Source: Candidatus Fraserbacteria bacterium
GTDB lineage: Bacteria; Bipolaricaulota; Bipolaricaulia; RBG-16-55-9
NCBI GenBank assembly: GCA_037443265.1
Contig: JBBIOR010000003.1
Coordinates: forward strand, 18,192-82,191
Length of the DNA: 64,000 bases
Direction: 5' to 3'
Below, one piece after another: positions 35,561 through 46,674 of the stretch; the stretch's first letter is position 1, and each line of letters begins with the position of its first letter. The notes under the pieces were generated by a model, which saw only the letters and a list, made by a program, of their open reading frames with translations, did not search any database and had not been told where the DNA came from. The translations under genes were made by a program, and so were the position numbers.

Positions 35561-36423
35561 GCGCCTACGGAAGGCTGAGGAAGTGCATGGGCAGAATCCC
35601 CTTGCATGTGACGGTGCTTCTCATTGTGGCTCTCTGGCTCATCCCCACCTTGGGGCTCTTGGTGACGTCGTTCCGGCCCTACCCTGAGATCTTAAGTTCC
35701 GGCTGGTGGAATGTGCTTCTGCACCCAGCGGAGTGGACGAAGTTCACCGCCCAAAACTATCTAGAGGTGCTGACCAAGCAGGGACTGGATCGCTCCTTTG
35801 TGAACAGTCTCATCATCACCATCCCGTCGACCTTGATCCCCTTAAGCATCGCGGCCTTTGCGGCGTATGCCTTCGCCTGGATGACCTTCCCTGGGCGGCA
35901 GCTATTGCTCATCCTCGTGATTGCTCTCATCGTCATTCCGCTACAGATGACGTTCATCCCCATTTTGAGGGTCTACAACTGGATGGGATTATCCGGATCA
36001 TTCTTGGGACTGTGGCTGGCCCATGCAGGCTACGGCCTGCCCCTGATGATCTATCTTCTGCGCAATTTCTTAGGGGCCTTGCCCAAAGAGCTCTTCGAGT
36101 CGGCCTTCATCGACGGGGCCTCGTATTGGACGGCCTTCTGGAGGATCGCGCTCCCTTTAAGCGTGCCTGCCTTGGCCTCCATCGTGATCTTCCAGTTCTT
36201 GTGGGTGTGGAATGACCTCTTGGTAGCCCTCATCTACGTCGGAGGAAAGCAAGACGTGGCCCCGATCACCTGGCAGCTGGCCCAACTGGTGGGCTCCCGC
36301 GGACAGGACTGGCACCTGCTCACGGCAGGCGCGTTCATCTCTATGATCCTGCCGGTGAGCGTCTTCTTCGCGCTGCAGCGTCACTTCGTGCGCGGCCTCT
36401 TGGCCGGCTCCATCAAAGGGTAG
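35557..36423 (+). CDS. Sugar ABC transporter permease (MalG-type)
   Basis: Start at MSAYGRLRKC with an ATGA overlap onto the upstream stop. EAA loop LPKELFESAFIDGAS. Confidence 0.85.
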   Translation: MSAYGRLRKCMGRIPLHVTVLLIVALWLIPTLGLLVTSFRPYPEILSSGWWNVLLHPAEWTKFTAQNYLEVLTKQGLDRSFVNSLIITIPSTLIPLSIAAFAAYAFAWMTFPGRQLLLILVIALIVIPLQMTFIPILRVYNWMGLSGSFLGLWLAHAGYGLPLMIYLLRNFLGALPKELFESAFIDGASYWTAFWRIALPLSVPALASIVIFQFLWVWNDLLVALIYVGGKQDVAPITWQLAQLVGSRGQDWHLLTAGAFISMILPVSVFFALQRHFVRGLLAGSIKG

Positions 36424-36485
36424 AAGTTGCAAAGCACATTCGGTTCTGTGACAATCCTGTGACGGGAAGAGGTGGGTAGAACGCG

Positions 36486-37601
36486 ATGGCTCAACTTTCA
36501 GAGTTGGCCGCCTGGCTTGTGCCACTGGGCCTCTTCTTCGCCATGCTTGTGGCTGGATATCTTGTGCGGGCCGTGCTCTATCGTGGGCTCATGGGTTGGG
36601 CCCAAAGAAGCGCCACGCCGCTGGATGACCTTATCATCGAGATCACCAAGCTGCCTTCGCTCTTGTGGCTTCTCCTCCTCGCAGCGCTGATCACCCTGCC
36701 GATGGTGGAAATCCCTGCAGGGCTCAGAGAGTTGATCGATAAGCTTCTGGTGGCTCTTTTGATTTTGTCTTTGACTTTGGTGGCCGCGCGTCTTCTGGTG
36801 GCCTTTATTCAGCGCTTTTTGAAAGCTCTCCCTGCAGAAAAAGCTCTGCCCATGACGGGCCTGACCCAGACCCTCACGCAACTCGCCGTGATCCTCATGG
36901 GCGTGCTCATCATCTTAAGCACCTTGGGCATCAATATTACGCCTTTGCTTACGGCTTTGGGCATTGGAGGCCTGGCCGTAGCTTTAGCTCTGCAAGACAC
37001 TCTCTCCAATCTCTTTGCCGGGTTGCATATCTTGCTGGCGCGGCAGATCCAGCCCGGCCAGCGCATCAAGCTCGACTCCGGTGAGGAGGGCTATGTCGCC
37101 GACATCGGATGGAGAAACACCACGCTGCGCGCTCCTCCAAATCATCTGATCATCATCCCTAACGCCAGGCTGGCTCAAAGCATCGTCACGAACTACAATC
37201 TACCCGATGACCCTGTCAACATCGTCATCCCCGTGGGGGTCAGCTACGACTCCGATCCCGAGCAGGTCGAGCGGGTCCTCAAAGATGAGGCCCTGAAGAT
37301 GATTCGCGCCTTGCCCGGCTTCATAAGAGATTTTGAGCCCATTGTGCGCTTCCAATCGTTCGGAGATTTCTCGCTCAATTTTCTGGTGATCCTGAGAGTA
37401 GAGAACTTCGACGCGCAATTTGCCGTGTGGGGAGAGATTCACAAGCGGATCTTCAAACGGCTCAAACAGGAAGGGATTGAGATCCCCTTCCCGGTCCGGA
37501 CCATCTATCTCAGGGACCAGCAGGCCGTGCACCTCAACCCTAAGCGGAGCCCCAAGGATAAGCCTCCAAAGAGCCTGGGCACTCTGTATCATAATAAATA
37601 A
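36486..37601 (+). CDS. Mechanosensitive ion channel, MscS family
   Basis: TM helices, then LSNLFAGLHILLARQIQPGQRIKL...GYVADIGWRNTTL (MscS beta-domain signature). Confidence 0.85.
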   Translation: MAQLSELAAWLVPLGLFFAMLVAGYLVRAVLYRGLMGWAQRSATPLDDLIIEITKLPSLLWLLLLAALITLPMVEIPAGLRELIDKLLVALLILSLTLVAARLLVAFIQRFLKALPAEKALPMTGLTQTLTQLAVILMGVLIILSTLGINITPLLTALGIGGLAVALALQDTLSNLFAGLHILLARQIQPGQRIKLDSGEEGYVADIGWRNTTLRAPPNHLIIIPNARLAQSIVTNYNLPDDPVNIVIPVGVSYDSDPEQVERVLKDEALKMIRALPGFIRDFEPIVRFQSFGDFSLNFLVILRVENFDAQFAVWGEIHKRIFKRLKQEGIEIPFPVRTIYLRDQQAVHLNPKRSPKDKPPKSLGTLYHNK

Positions 37602-37632
37602 ATAAGGAGTAAGGGAGGAAGATGGCTCGTCC

Positions 37633-38889
37633 ATGCAAGCGCAAGTGAACGCTATTAGAAGGCTTTCAGATTACGAAGGGATCGTTGACCCCGAGATCTT
37701 GGATGAGGCAGCCCGGCTGGGGAAACGCCTCCAGGGTCTGACCGTCACCCACATCAACTCCACCCGCCAAGGAGGCGGAGTGGCTGAGCTTCTCAGTAGC
37801 CTCATCCCGCTCTTCAACGACCTGGGACTGAAGACCAGCTGGCAGGTCATCGAAGGCCCCTCGGAGTTTTTCAAGGTGACCAAGATGTTTCATAATGCGC
37901 TTCAAGGCTTGCCGGCGCATGTCACTTCCGAGATGTTTGAGCTGTATCGGCGCGTCACCCAAGAGAACGCCCGGCGGCTGGACCTGTCGGCGGATGTGGT
38001 CTTCGTGCATGACTATCAGCCATTAGCCCTGGTGGAGCAGCGGGCCAAAGATTCAATCTGGATCTGGCGCTGCCATGTGGATCTATCGCGCTCCATCCCC
38101 AAGGTCTGGCTGTCGCGCCCGGAGAAGAGCGTCTGGGAGATGCTCTCTCCCTATGTGGAGCAGTACGAGGGGGCCATCTTCTCCATGGCGGAGTTTGCGC
38201 AGAACCTTCCCATTCCGCAGCACATCATCCCGCCGGCGATCGACCCTCTAAGCGAGAAGAACTGCGCATTATCTTCTGAAGAGATCGAGCGCGTCTTATG
38301 TCAGCTGGGCATCCCGCGCGATCGGAAGGTCTTCTTGCAGGTATCCCGCTTCGATCGCTTCAAAGATCCCGTGGGGGTCATTCAAGCGTATCAGATCTTC
38401 AAGCGCCGGACGCGGCTTCTGCAGAAGACGTGTCTGGTGCTGGCCGGGGGCGGGGCGGATGATGATCCCGAGGGGGCGGAAGTGCTCGCCGAAGTGAGAG
38501 CTCGGGCCGCCCGTGACCCCGATATCTTCATCCTCGAGCGCCCACCTACGTCTCATCACGAGATCAACGCCTTGCAACGGGGAGCGGATATCGTCCTTCA
38601 AAAATCGATTCGAGAGGGCTTTGGGCTCGTCGTCGCAGAAGCTCTCTGGAAGAAGAAGCCTGTGGTGGCCTCGGCGGCGGGGGGCATCAAGCTCCAGATC
38701 CTCGATGGACTGACCGGCTTGCTGGCCAACTCCGTCGAGGAGCTGGCCGATCGCTTGGAATATCTGCTGGAACACCCGAAAGTGGGCGAGCGCCTGGGCC
38801 AGACGGGATACAAGCATGTGAAGCAGAATTTTCTCATTCCGCGCCAGCTCAGGGATTATCTTCGGGTGCTCGCGGATCGCCTAACCTGA
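37633..38889 (+). CDS. treT: GT4 glycosyltransferase, TreT-like trehalose synthase
   Basis: INSTRQGGGVAELLSSLIPL...FFKVTKMFHNALQG resembles archaeal/thermophile TreT N-termini. C-terminal GT-B motif EGFGLVVAEALWK. Confidence 0.65.
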   Translation: MQAQVNAIRRLSDYEGIVDPEILDEAARLGKRLQGLTVTHINSTRQGGGVAELLSSLIPLFNDLGLKTSWQVIEGPSEFFKVTKMFHNALQGLPAHVTSEMFELYRRVTQENARRLDLSADVVFVHDYQPLALVEQRAKDSIWIWRCHVDLSRSIPKVWLSRPEKSVWEMLSPYVEQYEGAIFSMAEFAQNLPIPQHIIPPAIDPLSEKNCALSSEEIERVLCQLGIPRDRKVFLQVSRFDRFKDPVGVIQAYQIFKRRTRLLQKTCLVLAGGGADDDPEGAEVLAEVRARAARDPDIFILERPPTSHHEINALQRGADIVLQKSIREGFGLVVAEALWKKKPVVASAAGGIKLQILDGLTGLLANSVEELADRLEYLLEHPKVGERLGQTGYKHVKQNFLIPRQLRDYLRVLADRLT

Positions 38890-38893
38890 GCTC

Positions 38894-39904
38894 CTACTTT
38901 CTTAGGGGAGCGGTCGATTGTCGCACGACCAGGGTCGTGTCCAGAATGATCCTGCGGGGTCTTTTGTTGGGCCGTTCGATCCTCTCGAAGAGGAGGCGGG
39001 CCGCTATATCTCCCATCTGATAGGGTTGCTGGGCCACCACCGTCAGCTGAGGAGCAAAGGCCACCGCCCAATCGGGATCGTCGAAGCCCACTACCGAGAT
39101 CTCTTCCGGGCACCTTCGGTCTTCATCCCTGAGGCGGTGCAGGAGGCCTAAGGTCATCAGGCTGTTGGTGCTGAAGATGGCTGAGACTCCTTGCTTTAGG
39201 AGCTTTCCGGCCGCTTGGTAACCGTCCTCGATCCGTAAGCCTCCCTCGGCCATCAGACCCTCCTCGAGGCTAATCTTGTGGTCTTTCAGGGCCTGCTCGT
39301 ATCCGGCCAGACGGTCGGCGATGCTGCTGATCCTCGAGGGCCCCAAGAGGATGCCGATTCTACGATGGCCCAGCTCGATCAGATGTTGGGTCGCTAGATA
39401 GGCCCCGCGGATGTTATCGGAATAGACTTGATCCACCGGCAGATCCACGCGGCGATCGATGATCACCAAGGGGAGGCGCTGCTCCACGAGAGGGCGCAGG
39501 TTTCTTCCGCCCTCCCGCGTGGGGGCCACAATCAGCCCATCCATGCGCCTGGAGAAGAGCAGATCGAGATATTGGGCCTCTTCTTGGGGGTCCTCGTCCG
39601 TGCCGCAGAAGACGACGCTATAGCCCCGCTCGAACGCCTTGTCCTTGACGCCGCGGGCCACTTGAGGAAAGAAGGGATTGATGATATTTGAGATGAGCAG
39701 AGCAATAGAGTGGCTTCGGCCGATCCGCAGGCTGCGGCCCACGAAGTTGGGGCGGTAGCCCAACTGCTCGATGGCCCTGGCTACGCGTTGGCGCAGCTTT
39801 TCGCTGACAAAGCGGGTGCCGTTGATGACATGGGAGACTGTGGTCACTGAGACCTTGGCTTGCTTGGCCACATCCTTGATCGTGGGCGTGTGTGACCTTC
39901 GCAT
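38894..39904 (-). CDS. LacI-family transcriptional regulator
   Basis: Start set at MRRSHTPTIKDVAKQAKVSVTTVSHVING (HTH). Divergent from the pfkA operon. Confidence 0.85.
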   Translation of the reverse strand: MRRSHTPTIKDVAKQAKVSVTTVSHVINGTRFVSEKLRQRVARAIEQLGYRPNFVGRSLRIGRSHSIALLISNIINPFFPQVARGVKDKAFERGYSVVFCGTDEDPQEEAQYLDLLFSRRMDGLIVAPTREGGRNLRPLVEQRLPLVIIDRRVDLPVDQVYSDNIRGAYLATQHLIELGHRRIGILLGPSRISSIADRLAGYEQALKDHKISLEEGLMAEGGLRIEDGYQAAGKLLKQGVSAIFSTNSLMTLGLLHRLRDEDRRCPEEISVVGFDDPDWAVAFAPQLTVVAQQPYQMGDIAARLLFERIERPNKRPRRIILDTTLVVRQSTAPLRK

Positions 39905-39963
39905 GGGCCCTATATTGTAGGTCGAAACCGCCCTCTCTGTCAAGGGAATCCTCAGAGAACCTC

Positions 39964-40026
39964 TTGACAAAGTCTGGGAACCGTTGTAGCATACGGGTGC
40001 TTAAGAAATCGTTTGCGCAAACGTTT
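39964..40026 (+). promoter_or_regulatory. pfkA-operon promoter plus LacI-type operator palindromes
   Basis: TTGACA (39964-69), 17-nt spacer, TAGCAT (39987-92). Then CGTTTGCGCAAACG (40010-23, perfect 14-bp palindrome) overlapping AAACGTTT (40019-26). Confidence 0.5.
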
Positions 40027-40117
40027 AACGGCCGGAAGATCTGGGGATTCCGATGGAGCCGTATCAAGTCCAGGTGGACCTCGGCGCCCTGATAAGAGCG
40101 GCGCTCCAGGAGAGGCC

Positions 40118-41107
40118 ATGAGACGCATTGGGATCGTGACCAGCGGTGGAGACTCTCCCGGGATGAACGCAGCGATCCGGGCCGTCACACGGCAGGGGAT
40201 TATGCTTGGCCTGGAGGTCTGGGGCGTAAGACGTGGGCTCAAGGGGTTGATGGAGTGCGACTTGATTCCCTTAAGCTCACGGGAGGTGGGCGGCATCCTG
40301 CAGCGGGGCGGGACGATCTTGGGCACGGCCCGCGCAGAAGAATTCAAGACTCCCGCGGGCCAGAGGCGTGCCCTAGAGAGCCTTCAACAATATCGCCTGG
40401 ATGGGCTCGTGATCATCGGTGGCGATGGATCGCTGCGCGCGGCTAAGGTGCTCGCCGAGCAGGGTGTTCCCACCATCGGCATCCCGGCCAGCATCGACAA
40501 CGACATCTGGGGCACGGACATGGCCATCGGCGTGGACACGGCGCTCAACACCGTGACGGAAGCGATCAACAAACTCAGAGACACCGCCACGTCCCACGAG
40601 CGCACCTTCGTCATCGAGACCATGGGGCGCCACTGTGGCTATCTCGCTCTGATGGCCGGGTTGGCCGGAGGGGCCGAGGCGATCCTCATCCCGGAAGTGC
40701 CCTTGGATTTGAAGAGAGTCGTGCAGCAGGTGCTCAAGGGCTATCAAGCGGGCAAACGACACTCCTTCATCGTCGCCTCCGAGGGAATCCGTGATAAGCT
40801 TGCGCTTCGGCCGTTTCAATCTGTGGCCGAGCACATTGGGGCCTATCTCAGGGAGGAGACCGGGCTCGAGGTGCGGGTGACGGTCTTAGGGCACGTCCAG
40901 CGGGGCGGAGCTCCTACGGCGTTTGATCGGGTGCTGGCCACGCGCCTGGGTGCGGCCGCGATTGAGCACCTCAAGCAGGGTGAGAGCGGCACGATGATCG
41001 CCCTTCAGCGCGGCCAGATCGTAAGCGTCCCCTTGGCAGCGTGCCTCGACAAGGCGAAAGAGCTGGAGTTGAGTCTGCTTAAGCTCGCTCATACTCTAGC
41101 GGGGTAG
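40118..41107 (+). CDS. pfkA: ATP-dependent 6-phosphofructokinase
   Basis: MRRIGIVTSGGDSPGMNAAIRAV..., IGGDGS, PASIDND, TMGRHCGYLA, LGHVQRGG. RBS CAGGAGAGG precedes the start. Confidence 0.9.
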   Translation: MRRIGIVTSGGDSPGMNAAIRAVTRQGIMLGLEVWGVRRGLKGLMECDLIPLSSREVGGILQRGGTILGTARAEEFKTPAGQRRALESLQQYRLDGLVIIGGDGSLRAAKVLAEQGVPTIGIPASIDNDIWGTDMAIGVDTALNTVTEAINKLRDTATSHERTFVIETMGRHCGYLALMAGLAGGAEAILIPEVPLDLKRVVQQVLKGYQAGKRHSFIVASEGIRDKLALRPFQSVAEHIGAYLREETGLEVRVTVLGHVQRGGAPTAFDRVLATRLGAAAIEHLKQGESGTMIALQRGQIVSVPLAACLDKAKELELSLLKLAHTLAG

Positions 41108-41130
41108 GGGTAAGAGAGGAGCACAGGGTC

Positions 41131-43174
<2,044 letters not shown>

Positions 43175-44020
43175 ATGAGCGAAGATCGCTGGCTCAATCT
43201 GGAGGGCCTGCGCGTCCATTATCTGGCCGCGGGCGAAAAGGGACCTCCGGTGGTGCTATTACACGGCGGCAGCGTCGACTGTGCCCGTCTTTCGTGGGGG
43301 CAGGCCATGGGGCCGCTGGCGCAGCGCTTTCGGGTGTATGCACCCGATTGGCCCGGCTACGGCCAGAGCGATGAGCCAAAGATTCAATATACAACGCAAT
43401 ATTTTGTGGGCTTTCTGGGGCGTCTTCTGGATGCCCTCTCTCTTGAGAGGGTCAGTCTAGTCGGGCTGTCCATGGGCGGAGCCATCTCGCTGAGCTTTGC
43501 GCTTCAATTTCCTGGCCGGGTCGAGAAGCTCGTCTTGGTGAACAGCTACGGCTTCCAAGATAAGGCCCCGTGGCACAAGCTCTCCTATATTCTCACGCGC
43601 TTATCGTTCCTGAGTGAGCCGCTCTTGAGGCTGCTGGTCAAAAGTCGCACTCTCGTGCAGTGGAGCCTGCGCTGGGTAGCCTCGAACCCCGAGGCCATCT
43701 CGGAGGAGTTGTTGAATGAGATTTATGAGCAGGCCCGCAAAGAGGGAATCCGGAAGGCTTTTGCCTGCTGGGCGAGGAGCGAGCTCTTTTGGGACGGCGT
43801 GCATACGAACTTGACGGATCAACTCTCTCTTCTGAACGTGCCCACGCTGATCGTCCACGGCGGGCGGGATCGAATCGTGCCCGTTTGCTATGCCCGAAGG
43901 GCTCATGAGAGAATAAAAGATTCGCGATTGTACGTCTTTTCTGACGGCGGGCATTGGACTCCCCGGGAGAAGCCGGAGGAGTTCAATCAGCTCATCATGC
44001 AATTTCTGGCGGACTGCTGA
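43175..44020 (+). CDS. Alpha/beta-fold hydrolase
   Basis: VVLLHGG, GLSMGG nucleophile elbow, and a C-terminal ...DGGHW motif. Starts directly after the gap stop codon. Confidence 0.78.
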   Translation: MSEDRWLNLEGLRVHYLAAGEKGPPVVLLHGGSVDCARLSWGQAMGPLAQRFRVYAPDWPGYGQSDEPKIQYTTQYFVGFLGRLLDALSLERVSLVGLSMGGAISLSFALQFPGRVEKLVLVNSYGFQDKAPWHKLSYILTRLSFLSEPLLRLLVKSRTLVQWSLRWVASNPEAISEELLNEIYEQARKEGIRKAFACWARSELFWDGVHTNLTDQLSLLNVPTLIVHGGRDRIVPVCYARRAHERIKDSRLYVFSDGGHWTPREKPEEFNQLIMQFLADC

Positions 44021-44033
44021 GCGGCGCTCAGAC

Positions 44034-44927
44034 TCAGAGCACGAGGGCCGCAGCGCCCAGCAGTCCCACATCATCGCCAAGTCTCGTGAGACGAATAGGC
44101 GTCTCCCAGCGAGAATATTCTCGAAATGCCTGAAGCGTCTTCTCCTGCAATTGATTCCAAGACTGCATGACTCCGCCTCCCAGAAAGATCGCCTCGGGAT
44201 CGAAAATTTCAGACAGATTGGCCAGTCCGATCCCCAGATAGAAGGCTGCCTCTTCTACGATCTTTTGGCTTGCGCGCTCTCCCTGAGCAGCGCGCTTGAA
44301 GACTTCTTCGGCTGAAGCATTCTGAAGATGCAAGCGCTCTCTGGCTCTACGGGCGATGGCCGTCCCCGAGCTTAGAGCCTCCCAGCAGCCCCGCTTGCCA
44401 CACTGGCACAAGGGGCCCTCAGACTGCAAGATCATGTGCCCCACTTCCCCGGCATTGCCACTTCGGCCACGATGGATCTTCTTGTCTATAACAATGCCGC
44501 CTCCTATGCCCGTGCTGATGGTCACATAGATGAGATGCTTAAGCTCTGGAGCCTCGAAGCGTGCAATACCCCAAGCGGCCGCGTTGGCATCATTGTCTAC
44601 AACTACGGGGAGCGCGAGCACCCTCTTTAGCTCGTTAAGCAACGAAAAGCCCTGCCAGTGGGGCAGATTGGGTGCTCTCCCCACTACGCCCCGGCTTGTG
44701 TCCACAGTTCCGGCCAGTGCGCAGCCCACACCCAAAAGATCTTGCCATTTGACCCCTTGGGCAGTACAGCAGGCCCGCAGCTCTTGATTGAGCTTCACCA
44801 GCAGGACTTGTGGCTCCGGCGGCGTGGGCAACTCCCGACGCTCAAAGAGATTCCCTGGCCTATCGCAGAGTCCCAGGCGGGTGCGCGTGCTGCCGATATC
44901 TATTCCCACCGCCAGCTCTTTGGGCAT
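44034..44927 (-). CDS. ROK-family glucokinase
   Basis: GIDIGSTRTRLG, VVVDNDANAAAWG, GIGGGIV, CQCGKRGCWEA zinc motif. Confidence 0.8.
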   Translation of the reverse strand: MPKELAVGIDIGSTRTRLGLCDRPGNLFERRELPTPPEPQVLLVKLNQELRACCTAQGVKWQDLLGVGCALAGTVDTSRGVVGRAPNLPHWQGFSLLNELKRVLALPVVVDNDANAAAWGIARFEAPELKHLIYVTISTGIGGGIVIDKKIHRGRSGNAGEVGHMILQSEGPLCQCGKRGCWEALSSGTAIARRARERLHLQNASAEEVFKRAAQGERASQKIVEEAAFYLGIGLANLSEIFDPEAIFLGGGVMQSWNQLQEKTLQAFREYSRWETPIRLTRLGDDVGLLGAAALVL

Positions 44928-44929
44928 CT

Positions 44930-46660
44930 TCAGTGCTTGACCACGCAGAAGTCGAGCCCGCGAATCTCCAGCGGACGGCTGTTGTCGGGCGAGTGCACGA
45001 TCATCCGGCCCTTCTCAAAGTATGGCAATGCTTTTTGATAGTGCTTAGGGGCTCCGGCCCGCTCGGCCATCCCCTGCTCCATGCCCAAGAGAACCCTGGT
45101 GCTGATCTGCGAGAGCACCGCTTCATTGACATCTTGAGGGTTCTGGGTGATGAGCACAAGCCCTAATCTATTCTTGCGCCCCTGCTTGGCGGCTGTGACA
45201 AACTTTTCGACGATGAGGCGATCCTGCTGCGTCTTTTCTTGAGTGAGATAGCTATGGGCCTCGTCCACGGCTAATATGACGGGGTATTTTGCGAGGCGCC
45301 GGCCCCAAGGGGTCTCGATGGCTTTCGTCTTGGCATCGGCGATCATCGACATGACGGTGAGCACCACCACGCGCTCGCCCTCCGCACTCAAGTGATTGGT
45401 GGGAAAGACGCTCACTCGATCTTCATCGAAGATGCTCTCATAAAGTTGCGTAATGGGGTTAGCGCCCTGGTCGAAGATGTGGGCAAATTGGGGGAGAAGC
45501 ACCCGGCGGCGGATGGCTCCTAGCGTGGCCTCGTGAATGAAGCCGCTCTCCAGATAGGGCCGCATGCGCCCGTCGTCTTCGAGGAAGCGCTTGAAGGCCT
45601 TATAGCTCTTCTCTGTAGAGTCTCTAAAGAAATCTCGGATGAGCCGCTCCAGAGCTGCGTATTGGGCCTCGTTGAGTTCTCCTCCGGCGATGAGATACGG
45701 GAAGTCCCTCACAAGCTCAAAGGGAATGGTAAAGTCTGTGTGGGCATCGCAGCCGTGATAAGAACAGCCGGCTTCGACGGCCGAAAAGACCGTGAGCTTC
45801 TTGCCTACACCTCCTAGTTTGCCGCCGACACCCACGAGATTGTTCAACTCCTCTTTGGGGACGCTGGCGATGTGGGGATTATCATCGCGCAGGCCCCAAT
45901 ATTCGTTCTCCGGATCTATGATCACTATACAGGGCTTGCGGCGTTCTCCGCCTCGGCGCTCTAGAGTGTACTCTGAGTCCACGATCTGCCTCAGGAAATT
46001 CTTTGCGGTGTGGGTCTTGCCTCGCCCGCTCATGCCCGCGATCAGCACGTGCGTGAAGATGAGCGGATCGCCCGTCTTCTCAGCAGAATTTATCAGATAG
46101 TACGGGATCTTGAAGCCGCCCCTAAGCGTGATGGGCTCGCCGTTTACGGCCACATAGCCCAGGAAGAGTCCGTCTTCAGGCAGATCCAGTCCCAGCACGA
46201 CCTCCTCTTTGCTGGTCACGCGGCGCACGATGGCATTAGGCTTTGGCAGATAGCGCACTTCCGTGGCTCTTCCGGTGGGACTGATCATAGAGAGGGGCTC
46301 CAGCTGGGCCAGTTGGATGTATTCTCCTTCGCCCACTTCGTCGGCGCTGATGAGCACGTGGACTTCACTCATGTCATCAAGGGCATCGCGCTTGCGATAC
46401 GAGAGTTTTTTGATATACGCGAAGAATTTTTCGTCGCGGTAGCCTAAGGGGATGACGACATACTGGCCGACGGCGATGTCATTACGCTTCTCTTCGGGGA
46501 TGTAGACTTCAACACAGTGCTCTGTAGTGCTGATGAAGAGCTCTTCGGAGATGGCCACGCGTCCGATCTCCTCGGGCTTGAGCGGCTTAACTTCCGGCTG
46601 TGAGGAGATCCGTAGCTGCTGCAACGCTCGTTCCAGATCAAATTCTTCAGATTTTGTCAT
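44930..46660 (-). CDS. herA: HerA-like FtsK/HerA-superfamily hexameric ATPase/helicase
   Basis: 576 aa. N-terminal barrel-like region, Walker A IAGMSGRGKTHT, Walker B VILAVDEAHSY, LITQNPQDV. Confidence 0.78.
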   Translation of the reverse strand: MTKSEEFDLERALQQLRISSQPEVKPLKPEEIGRVAISEELFISTTEHCVEVYIPEEKRNDIAVGQYVVIPLGYRDEKFFAYIKKLSYRKRDALDDMSEVHVLISADEVGEGEYIQLAQLEPLSMISPTGRATEVRYLPKPNAIVRRVTSKEEVVLGLDLPEDGLFLGYVAVNGEPITLRGGFKIPYYLINSAEKTGDPLIFTHVLIAGMSGRGKTHTAKNFLRQIVDSEYTLERRGGERRKPCIVIIDPENEYWGLRDDNPHIASVPKEELNNLVGVGGKLGGVGKKLTVFSAVEAGCSYHGCDAHTDFTIPFELVRDFPYLIAGGELNEAQYAALERLIRDFFRDSTEKSYKAFKRFLEDDGRMRPYLESGFIHEATLGAIRRRVLLPQFAHIFDQGANPITQLYESIFDEDRVSVFPTNHLSAEGERVVVLTVMSMIADAKTKAIETPWGRRLAKYPVILAVDEAHSYLTQEKTQQDRLIVEKFVTAAKQGRKNRLGLVLITQNPQDVNEAVLSQISTRVLLGMEQGMAERAGAPKHYQKALPYFEKGRMIVHSPDNSRPLEIRGLDFCVVKH

Positions 46661-46674
46661 CGCGTCTCCACAAG

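Noticed and set aside
37622-37648. 8-codon uORF (MARPCKRK*) overlapping the treT start, close to GGGAGG
   Set aside because: The SD-to-ATG spacing of 3 nt is too short, and there is no supporting conservation I can assess. It is probably a chance ATG. The same SD region can serve the treT ATG at 37633.
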